Below, piece by piece: positions 1 through 9,846 of a stretch of 64,000 nt of DNA. Position 1 is the first letter of the stretch, and every line of letters starts with the position of its first letter. The stretch is from NCBI RefSeq assembly GCF_964355755.1, contig NC_092670.1, positions 18,834,795 through 18,898,794 on the forward strand, in the 5' to 3' direction. A model generated the notes under the pieces. That model was given only the letters and a program-made list of their open reading frames with translations, made no database searches and was not told the origin of the DNA. The position numbers were made by a program, and so were the translations under genes. The DNA is from Antedon mediterranea (lineage: Eukaryota > Animalia > Echinodermata).

Positions 1-390
1 AATTTATTTATTTTTATTTATTTATTCAATTTCCAGGTATACAGACAACAACATTAACAAACGAAGTAATAATAATAATACAAATACAAAAAAAAGGCAC
101 AATTTAATTAATTAAATTATATTATTATGATAGGCCAAACAAGTATTAAAATAGGTATTTAACTTTCCAATATTAATTTTTATATAAACATTCAAAGTGG
201 AAATAGCGGGTAATTATTATTGACGCACAACAATTCAAGTGACAACGACGCAGTTTCTATCGAATGTTATATAGTACGACGGTTTAACGAGTTTTTTTGT
301 GTATAAAAGCACCATTTTGTGAATAAAAATAGGTTTTTATTGATAATAAGACAATAAATAAGCCAATGTACTTTAATTAATAAGAATTTC

Positions 391-433
391 GGTTGCGAGT
401 GGTTGCGCGTTGAAGCGAGTGGTTGCGAGTGGT
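391..433. repeat. Imperfect GGTTGCGAGT tandem repeats upstream of the NTAN1 start codon
   Basis: About four copies: ggttgcgagt ggttgcgcgt tgaagcgagt ggttgcgagt ggt. Confidence 0.6.
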
Positions 434-532
434 AGGACGTGGTTAAGGTTTTGCGAGTCGAGTGGTGTTGTTAAAGATGACGACGTGACAACAAATAAAC
501 TTGTAGTTTCTTGACAGGCTTATTATTAAAAA

Positions 533-3500
533 ATGCCAGTTTTTATCGAAAATACAGATATAGAAGATTTGCTAAAACCAATGACAAATATTTGTTATAG
601 AATTTCTGAACAGTTTCCCTCACTACAGGTACGTGGTTGAGTTACATGCTCTAGGCTTACCTACAGAAGCAGCTGCATTTCCTGGATTTAATACTACTGA
701 TGCGTACGTTTCGGCTCAGGGATGTTTCGGTCCAGGGTTGTTTCGTCCCTAATATACAGAAAGAACTATTTGTAAAAATGTTAGGCCTAGTTTTCATTCT
801 CTTTACAAAGTCATCATGTATTATAAACTACTATTAACTTAATTGCTATTAGAAAAAGGTATGGGTAATTGAATGGATGAAAGAAGATGTTCATATTAAT
901 AATAATAATAATGAATATTTTACTTTTTTTATTTATTTTATTAAGGAAGAAGCAATTAAATTCCGATCAGAACCTGTTCAGGCATGTCAACCAGAAGGTT
1001 TACTGTATGTCAAACAGAGAGAATTTGCATGCACACATCCTGATGATGGTATGTCATTCAGATTTTTATTAATAATATTATGCCCAGTAGTAATATTAGA
1101 AAAAATAAACTTTGATATCAAATTTTAATTTTTATTTCTAAAGATGTGATTCACGTGTTAGGAACAGAGGATGCGACAACCTGCCATATAATCGTGGTGA
1201 GACATAAAGGTACTTTAGTTGATTACGAATAAACTTTAGCAAAGTAAAGATTACAGTACACCATCTTTTCCCCAAAAATATGTTGACCATTGCTAGCAAT
1301 ATGCACTTACATTCATTATATTTAATTGTTGATTCCTGTTTTATATTAATTGTGGGTGACATATTCAATCAATGTCAAACTCAATTTTTCAAGCAATGCA
1401 TTTATTCAATGGGAAATTCTTTGTGAGAAAAAGTAGACGAATATTAAGCAAATATTTTAATAACATATGAATATAAATTGAACAAGAGTATCCTTTAAGA
1501 GTACTATGATAAAGCTCTGTCTACACTATCAAACTTTATTTGACGAAGATGCCATATCACTACCATATTTGGGCATATTACTACCATATTTGGGCACATC
1601 ACACTTTTTTATCAAACTAGTTTGATAGTGTAGAAAGAGCTTTATGGCTGATTTGACTTACAATCTATGCACTTATTGTTGCTTTTTGTTACCATAGGCA
1701 GTGGAGTGACTTGTTTAGCTCACTGCGATGGATGCAGTACAAAACAAGGTATTGAAGACATGCTTGCGACTGTCATGCTACTGAGTGATGGCAAATTATC
1801 CGGAAGGTTTAACCTGATTTTATTGATATTTTAAACATAATAAAGTATTGAAATCAGTAAGACGTCTCTGGCCTGTAGTACATGCAGTACTGTGTGTTTT
1901 TTTTCAAAGTGGGCGGGCTCACTGCTCTGTTGTTAACCATAAGAAAATCAGTAAGGCTTCCCTGGCCTGTAGTACAGCGGAGTGTGAATTGAAATTGTAA
2001 TTACAATTTTTTTGTTTTTGCAGATTGGAACTCCATATATTTGGTGGATTTTGTGATGATCGTTTCCAGTCACAGCAATTAACCAAAGAAATCCTTAGTA
2101 AGCATACTTGAACTTGTTCTACTCTACCTGGTACAGTTTGTAAAAAGCCACAACCTACAAATATTTTAACTAATTGTGTATATATTATATATTTTAGAAG
2201 TAATTGAATGCAAATTTGTTTTTAGGTGAATTTCATAAGCAACCTCTACCTATTTCTTTGATGACTGCATGCGTGTCAGGTAAGGTTTCTCTTGCCTCCA
2301 GTTGATTGATTGGTTTAAGCTCTGTCTATGCTATCAAACAAGAAAAGTTTCCTAATTTGGTAGTGATATGCTTAAATATGGTAGTGATATGCTTAAATAT
2401 GGTAGTGATATGGAGTCATGTCCATATATGGACACACCACATTTTTTTTACACAAAAAGTTTGATATTGTAGACAGAGCTTTAGTCTAGAATGTTTATGC
2501 ACATAAAAATGCTCATATCCAAGTGAAGACCAGTTCAAAAAACATTTATTTATTCAACAATGGCATTATACAGTATAATATAATTATAGGTGTGTACATA
2601 AATGAAAACATAGTAATAAGCCATCATTTGGGGTCTTCTCTAGAAGAAAACAAGTTTCTTGTCTCGAGAAAGACCCCAGAAACAAAACACATACATTTTA
2701 ACTAATACAATTTACTACATAAAATAATAAATAAAATTAAAAACGATGAAATAAAAATAGATACTTTCAGTGTACTACAATCATAATAATATTAAAATTA
2801 GTATAAAGAAATAAGATATTTTTTAAAATGTTTACGAAAAGTATAAAGAGATTTAAAATGCTTTAGTTTGTCATCAAGATCATTCCAGATTCGCGGTCCT
2901 GAAACAGTAAAATATTCGGAAATTTTCAGTCTAAAAGGAGGTACATCAAGATCATATGCTGAAATTTATTGTCGATACGTAAATTGTACTTGTGTGATTT
3001 TGTATGATGACTTAATAGATTAGACATTGTCACAGGGAGTTTGGTAACCAGTGAAGTTATTGTCTTAAGGAAAATACAGTATTTCATTTACGTGTTTATT
3101 GGTGAAAGCCACTGATTTTATTTTTTTTAGAGCCATTCTTCTGTAAATGTCAGTGTACTTTATATGTTTATTTAAATTGTATTAATATTTACTTTTTTTA
3201 GAATTGAATGATGTGATAAAGGATGGTAAACATTGGCCTGTTATTTATGGCATAGGTTTGTTTGATTTTAATTTTGTTATAACCATGAATTTTTCTTCTT
3301 CAAACACTGCATAAATGGTTTACAAAAAATTATCTTTTTGTAATATATATATATATATATATTACAAAAAGAAAATTTTTTGTAAAGCATTTTATTTTTG
3401 TAAACTACAGCATTGTCATTTTTTCAGTAATTTGCCTTGGATTTATATATATATATAGTATATATATGTTATTGTTATTTTTCAGGAGTGAATGTTAAAA

Positions 3501-5040
3501 CTGGTGCAATATTTCCTGCTAAGTTCTTGGATAAAGGCCCAGATTTAGTGATCAGATCAACAAAGACATTTGTTGGTGATAAAGATGTATGTAGAATATT
3601 TTATATGATTTGTTTATTTTTAAATAATTCATTTTTGATACTAATCGTCGAAACGTTGCAATGAATTATTTTACTAAAATAAATATTCTGTTTTTAGATG
3701 ATGAATATATATGATTATAAATCAAGAGAGCTTCGAATAAAACCTTTTAATTGGGAACCATGGCCAAGTGCCCCACTGTTACTTGAACAACCAGATGAAG
3801 TAATTAGACATGTAGGTATCTTATGTTCTCATGGAGAACACAACACTGTATCTGCATGTTTTTGTATTTGAATTCCCAAATACATTCTTAAACTACAAAT
3901 AAAATTAGTTGTTAATTTGACAAAAATTTGTAGTAATATGACATCATCATGTCCATATAGGGGACACGTCACATTTTATTTGTCACATAAGTTTGATAGT
4001 GTAGACAGAGCTTTATAGATTCAATAGACACGTTTCGCGCTCGCGACCAATCAGAAATAGTGGGTATAGATTTGTAAACAAACCGAACACAGCTCTCGCC
4101 TCTAGTGCGTGTTGAAGCATAGCGAAATGGCGACTGTCGAGTGCTTTTGTTGCAAGGTGCATCATAAATGTTGTATATGTTTGATAAATCGTGAATTTAA
4201 CTACACAAAATCACTGAATAATATTCCTGTTTTTAATTTTCAAACACTTGCTGAGTGGTTTGCGTCGGCTCCGAAGGATAGTGGCGCAAAATCTTGGAAA
4301 TTTTTCAAGGAAAGGTACGTCCACGATGTGCTCGGGTCTCTCCGCCCACCCGGTGGCGCTGCCTGATGATGCGGTACTTGGTCTACTAGGCCTAGGCGGC
4401 TTGGGTGTCTGTTTAAGCGCCGAAGAACATGACATAATACATGGAAGATGCAATAGGAACATGAAGAAGAATGAAAGATAATAATTAATATATTTACGCA
4501 ACATTTGTAAATAAAATCAACAGTTAACATGTATTAAATGCACCGTAATTATATTGTCAAACCAAAAATGACAATACATAAATAAAGGAACCAAATGCCC
4601 AAATAATTCTACAGTGAATATAAAACATAAGTTTAGAAAATAAATAACATCCTTACCATGCCATTCCATCAAAAGGCTAGTTTTGACGATTGCTTTTAAA
4701 GAAGATCATCTCTCAGTTCTCCCATGCTTTAACATACCTCTTGTTGTGTTTGTTTACCATTGTATACCCACTAAAAGGTCAAACTGACGGTGACCTCGCG
4801 AGCGCGAAACGTGTCTATTTGTTCTTCCTTAATATATTTGAACCTTTAAATAATCGTTATTTTTGCCTATAGTTTCTTTCTACATCTCCTGACGTTGAAC
4901 CACCAGACTTTGTCAGTAACGTACGAGAGACTCTTAAATATATCATCCAAAATCCAAAGCCAACCGCACAAGTATTTCCAGATGGACACGCAAGAACCTA
5001 CAGAAAGAATGAAAGTGCCATGTGGACGAGAGTCATTTAA
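533..5040 (+). CDS. NTAN1: Protein N-terminal asparagine amidohydrolase (Arg/N-degron pathway)
   Basis: In-phase GT-AG exons 533-628, 946-1048, 1144-1209, 1698-1806, 2024-2097, 2226-2279, 3202-3255, 3486-3586, 3698-3811 and 4873-5040. They give GLLYVKQRE, GTEDATTCHIIVVRH, LAHCDG, LELHIFGGF, LND..HWPVIYGI and LSTSPDVEPPDFV, matching remembered NTAN1 motifs. Confidence 0.95.
1513..1641. mobile_element. MITE family A (TIR AGCTCTGTCTACACTATCAAACT), PIF/Harbinger-like
   Basis: Terminal inverted repeats flanked by TAA/TTA, with internal ATCACTACCATATTTGGGC repeats. At least 11 related copies occur in the window. Confidence 0.85.
2318..2480. mobile_element. MITE family A copy
   Basis: Same TIRs and internal 19-bp repeats, in opposite orientation. 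Confidence 0.8.
2560..2940 (-). mobile_element. LINE (L2/CR1-group) 3' remnant
   Basis: Minus strand reads FTVSGPRIWNDLDDKLKHFKSLYTFRKHFKKYL, a typical ORF2 C-terminal GP.LWN.L motif. A 3' hairpin lies at about 2627-2680. Confidence 0.6.
3915..4012. mobile_element. MITE family A partial copy
   Basis: Ends in gtttgatagtgtagacagagcttta. Confidence 0.7.
4026..4816. mobile_element. Non-autonomous DNA transposon, ISL2EU-like, in NTAN1 intron 9
   Basis: Perfect 21-bp TIR agacacgtttcgcgctcgcga (4026-4046 / 4796-4816) with AT on both flanks. Internal coding remnant KSWKFFKERYVHDV. Confidence 0.7.
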
Positions 5041-5291
5041 CAGTGCAATAATAGCACAAAAAAACAAGGCAATTTAACAACATGATGATGAGCTCCGGAG
5101 ATCAAAGGGTTTATCTGTGGCTGCGACACTATCAGTTCCACGCCACTTAACAGGCACCGTGCATCGTGGAGAATATGTACATAGTACAGTATTATGGTAT
5201 TTGTTGCAGCAGACATAAGATCAAAGGACTATGACGAGTTTCTGTTGTGGCAAGGCGAGCTCATTTTCCTGTTGCCTTGTATTGGTATAAA

Positions 5292-5317
5292 CATGGAGGT
5301 ATAAATATACCTCCATG
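5292..5317. mobile_element. 26-bp CATGGAG hairpin with 7-bp TSD (P-superfamily footprint-like)
   Basis: gtataaa|catggaggtata aa tatacctccatg|gtataaa. Confidence 0.75.
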
Positions 5318-5519
5318 GTATAAATAAGAGTAGCACACCTCCTTTGAGACACCCCTATCCTATTCAGGAAACACCCCTACTAAGCGGACATGTTATATTC
5401 GAACACTACAACCAAGCTCTTTTCAGGGACACCTGTATATTAAAGGGACACTTTTTGGTGTCCCCTAGCCGCAGTGGTTCTACTGTATCTAGTTTTATAT
5501 ATTACAATTTGTACATGAA

Positions 5520-6005
5520 TATATACAACAAAATAGGTAAAGCTAAAGAATTAAAAATCAGGAGTCTGCCCATTAAAGACATTTTCCTGTTTTTCCATTT
5601 TTCCACTGTTTTCTCAAACCGTACCACTACTTTCTCCAACGCAGCAAGGCCAGGGTCCGGAGCCCTAAACTCCACTCCACAAACCCTTAATGAATTCTCG
5701 GACCACGGGATAGACTCCACCCCAGAAAGTCAAGATAACCCGCACCGCACACAACAGACCACTTTAGCAACGTGGTGGGACGCCGATTCTTTGGATCTTG
5801 ATTATCACCAGGCTTCGCTGTAAGCGTTATAAGACCACTTGTTGAGACTTTGACAAACTACCAGACTGAAACACTGAAGTATTTATCTCAATTAAATCAT
5901 TGCTAATAACCGACAAAAATTCCAAATAATATTCCAGACCCCGGTGACTTATCTTTGAACATGGAAGAAAGTGCTCTCTGTACCTCGACAACCTCTACAG
6001 TCCGT
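5520..6005 (-). mobile_element. Degenerate L1/Tx1-like non-LTR retrotransposon ORF2 fragments
   Basis: Minus strand has EVQRALSSMFKDKSPG (RT N-terminal KSPG motif, ~5940-5990) and EKWKNRKMSLMGRLLIFNSLALPILLY (post-RT motif of the L1/Tx1 clade, 5520-5610). Heavily deleted. Confidence 0.65.
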
Positions 6006-6034
6006 TACAAATTATGCATATTTGCTCCTCTTGT

Positions 6035-6282
6035 TATTCTTGGAAATGTTGATACCTTTGTTTATGAAGTACACAAAAGTATTTCTGTGTTCATCACATG
6101 TAAGGTTTGCTTGAGCATTGTGTATAGCGGTGTGTGGAAACTGTTGGATCTTAACAAAACTAACCTTGTTTTTCTTTGAAATCTCTATACCTTTTTTTAT
6201 GAAGTACACAAAAGTATTTCTGTGGTCATCAGACATAAGGTTTGCTTTAGCACATAAATGCATAGCAGTGTCTCCATTCTCG
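6035..6282 (-). pseudogene. Two tandem ankyrin-repeat-like exon fragments
   Basis: ENGDTAMHLCAKANLMSDDHRNTFVYFIKKGIEISKKNK followed by a GTTAGT donor, then a diverged second copy HTAIHNAQANLTCDEHRNTFVYFINKGINISKNNK. Confidence 0.55.
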
Positions 6283-6679
6283 TAAAAGTGAAAAGAATAG
6301 TGCAAAAGCTGTACTGCATATATTTTAAATAATTGAAGTTCTTTGTGTCATATTCTGATACGGTGCTGGCTCCGTTGTTGGTTAAGTCAGTACATATTTG
6401 TCTAGCTTTTGCGTTACTAACCATGCTAAGAATTTTGTATCCCAAATCTCAAAATCATCTGGATTTCCAATAAAAAGCTGCTTTGAAACCTCCCATAACC
6501 TGTTGAACATGACAAGTCCAGATGAAATGCCCTTCAATGCACCTGCAGCCGATGGCAGATGGCAGGGGATTTAAAAGTAAATCAATCTGGCCCCCACCGA
6601 GCTGCTGCACCGCCACAACCTCCTGAACAGAAATTTCTGCCGACTTCAAGTCATCAGGTTCTGTTCTGTTGGTGGTTGG

Positions 6680-7500
6680 TGTGATTTTTATTTTGTCTCT
6701 AAGCATTTCTCCATAACAGATAGTTTTTTTAGGATTGCGTGAAGTGGATCTTTCTTTATTTTTCTGACTGTTAACATTGTTGTTGGTGGGATAAGCCAAT
6801 TCTGCTGCAACTTTGAGTTCCTTTCGTTCGAATATCGGAAAACTTTATGTCTCTAGGACGCATCTGTCGACCTCAACCCATCCATAAACTGAGATGAGAG
6901 AAGACGGTCCTTGTCTGTGGTAAATCCTGTCATGTCCTTTTCAACTGGTTTTTGAAGGAGGGCTTACAAAGCAATTGGTATTCAGACTGTGTCTCTGTTG
7001 ACTGTTGGAATCTGGCATATAATGCCGCTATTGGAGATTTGGTTACATGGTCTTTTGTGTATTCTTCGATCATAGCCGCTCTATAGCTTGTTCACCATCG
7101 TTTTGGCCATCTAGTTTAAGGTTTAGAACACGGTCTCTTGCTCGGCCTGATGTGTGGCGAACTACTTCGTCGTATGCTCCGGCTGAAAGTATTCCTTTAT
7201 GGGAGATGTTGTATCGGACGTCTCTTGCTCAGTCTGTCTTCGATCCGTATGAACGTGTCTTTACCTGCAAAAACTGCCACTTGCTTTGGTTATGTCAGGT
7301 ATATGTGATTTTGGTATTTATTAGTTTCTGGTTCTGTTACTGTTGCCCTCTAGTGGATCGAAACCAGCTATCTCTAATAGAGAAAGTTTGGCTTGCGGTA
7401 TGTCCCATTCTGGTGACTGTGGTCGTCTTTGACTGGCTTGGCATTCATTGTGAGCTGTTGTTTATCGATGGTACCTCAGAGTAAATTATAATTTGAGAGA
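6680..7500 (-). mobile_element. Probable LTR-retrotransposon gag-like remnant
   Basis: Frameshifted minus-strand peptides YARFQQSTET.SE and DRLLSSQFMDGV resemble Gypsy gag motifs. GC content is above the local background. Confidence 0.35.
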
Positions 7501-7905
7501 AATTATGTGATGACTGAATAAACCAAGTAGGCAAAACTTCTGGGAGAGCTATGATTTAACTTTTAATTCAACAAATCCAAACAATTCAACATTTAAACAA
7601 CAGTAACAACAACCCACCTAATTATACCCAACTCTCTGGTTCACTCAGAAGGTTACAATATAATATGCTTATATTACTAAATGTAGTAAAGTATTGTTAT
7701 CTTGGGGTATTAATGAAGATTATGTAGCGCAAGTATATGTTCATTTCAATCTTGGTTTTTTTGTTTTACTTCCACCACACATGTTCGTCCCTGTCCTCCG
7801 CCACCTGTAGGGGGCGCTACCGTTTAATCTCATATCTCACATCTGCTGACCATCTTAAGAATTGCCACCCTTCGCATCTTCTCGATAGCGTATCAAATCC
7901 ACTTG

Positions 7906-7974
7906 AGTTATATCCTCCGTGAAGCAGTCTTGCGAATGAAAGTGCCATGTGGACGAGAGTCATTTAACAGTGCA
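7906..7974 (+). repeat. Duplication junction: SNU13 5' sequence fused to NTAN1 3'-end sequence
   Basis: 7906-7933 is identical to 9767-9794 (28 nt) and 7934-7974 is identical to 5007-5047 (41 nt). Confidence 0.9.
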
Positions 7975-9196
7975 GTAATAGTATTGTAACAGTGGTATTT
8001 TAGTGTATCTGTTACTATTATATTATAGTCTCAGCGGCAGGATTTCACACAGTCACAGAAATGTACAAACAGTAAATATGGTTTTGTCCAGATACAGTTT
8101 TATTTAAATATTCAATGTAATACAGTCTGTCCTGGCTATATCACATATGTTTTCTTCTCTCTATTATAATCATTTTATTCTCCTTCCTCCTCTTACCAGT
8201 AAATCCATATTTAAGGAACGGTCCTTATTAATATGCATGTACTGGGAGGGGAGTATTTAGTAAAGGGAACATTCCTTGATGATGAGGAAACAGTAATTCA
8301 TTAAGGATGTGGGTTATAGGAGAGCGAACAAAGAGTACCTGGGATAGGAAGAAACTACTAGGAATGTTAATAGATGGAGTAGGGAGAAATAGTGAAAAAG
8401 AGTTGTTGACCTGATGGTCAGAGTGTTACAGTATTATAAATAATACAGTATCCTATTCAGAGAACAACCCTGTTAAAGGGATACTTTCTAATAGGAAAAT
8501 ATATATTTTAACACAACAACCAACCCCTTTTCAGGCACACCTCTATACATATTGTGTGTCCCCTAGCCGCAGTGGTTCTTCTGTATCTAGTTATATGTTA
8601 CAATTTTACAGTAGAATAGTTTTTTATTTGCAGAACAGAAAAAACATTTTGTAATTGTTGTAATTTAAGAACAGTTTTATTCAATAAACTCATATGTTTA
8701 TAGAACTACAGTAGCACTTTTATGGTTGAATGAGAGAGGGTAGGGTCAAAGAAGAATACTGTATATATCAATGAGTAATCCGCGATTTTTGCATTAGAAA
8801 TTTGTAACAGAGAGTGATGCCCGCCCTTTTTTTTACTGAATAAATAGCATGAAACGAACAATTAAATATCCAAACAGCATTTAACATGATGTTGACATGT
8901 AGTTGATAACATTTTTTATCATGAAAACACGCCAGGCTTAAATTAGGTGTGACCGTCACAAAAAGTTGTATACATCCTGACTTGTAGCGGCGGCCTACCA
9001 CATGGACAATATTACTGTTACAGGGAAAACCGCAGATAACACATTCTTATGATATATATTCTTTGGTAACGTCTTGTGGAGAAATAATGAAAAGAGAGCT
9101 ATTTGTACAAGTATCGATGTGAAATAACTAATAGTTATGTACAATACTTCGTACTATTGATAAGTTCTGATTTTGGATTATTATTTCCTCCGAAGA

Positions 9197-9385
9197 GGAT
9201 GGGCCGATCCTGGAGGTACTGCAATACCAGGCCAACCCGTGGCCAGGATGGAGCAAGCTCCTATTCCATGGCCTAGGTTCAAAAATCAGTTTAATATAGA
9301 AGCTACTCGATGAGTAGCGTTTCAGATATTAAGCTGAAAAGAACAGATACTACACATGATCTTAGCCAAAAGGCCGAGAAGCGAT
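9197..9385 (-). ncRNA. RNU2: U2 spliceosomal snRNA
   Basis: Minus strand reads ATCGCTTCTCGGCCTTTTGGCTAAGATCATGTGTAGTATCTGTTCTT with the branch-point pairing sequence GTAGTA, Sm site ATTTTTG and loop IV TATTGCAGTA. Full length, about 189 nt. Confidence 0.97.
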
Positions 9386-9411
9386 ACTGATAAATATCTT
9401 CATAGGTATAC

Positions 9412-9432
9412 CACTTAACAACTAGCTGTGAC
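9412..9432 (-). promoter_or_regulatory. Candidate snRNA proximal sequence element (PSE)
   Basis: TCACAGCTAGTTGTTAAGTG starting about 46 nt upstream of U2 +1. It resembles the vertebrate PSE but sits somewhat closer to the start. Confidence 0.35.
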
Positions 9433-9591
9433 TGTATTGGTGTTAAAATTCCTTAAAATAGATAAGTTCTAATATGATGTCCATTATAGCAAAAAAGTAG
9501 ATAATATTTATGCATTACAGAATCTAGAGTACCGTTTTATTGTTACTTTATAAATTATTGATAAACTAAATAAAATTAGATTACTTTTTCT

Positions 9592-9604
9592 CCAATATGC
9601 AAAT
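9592..9604. promoter_or_regulatory. CCAAT plus octamer ATGCAAAT (DSE-like)
   Basis: Perfect octamer at 9597-9604, i.e. -212 to -219 from the U2 start, the position of the vertebrate snRNA DSE. Confidence 0.45.
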
Positions 9605-9846
9605 TAGATAGCTCTACCGCGCGCAGTACCCGCTATAAAGTCTATAGCGGGCGCCTTTGTTAAAATACGCCCTCTATATATCATCACAAACAACGATTTG
9701 CACACAACGTGCGTCTCGTCCACGATTAAACACCACGAGGTTTCGTTGTTTATATTTTTTACTGTTAGTTATATCCTCCGTGAAGCAGTCTTGCCGAGAG
9801 GACAAACTACGTTAAACTGTTCCGTAATAAATAAAGCAAACAAAAG

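Noticed and set aside
1555-1600. CRISPR-like repeats (atcactaccatatttgggc)
   Set aside because: Internal tandem repeats of MITE family A with no spacers, in eukaryotic DNA.
3812-3825. U12-type donor (GTATCTT) in NTAN1
   Set aside because: The reading frame requires the ordinary GTAGGT donor at 3812.
5344-5823. 159-aa ORF, and the 145-aa ORF at 7047-7484
   Set aside because: They run through repeat and antisense retroelement remnants, start at non-ATG or weak starts, and show no recognisable domain.
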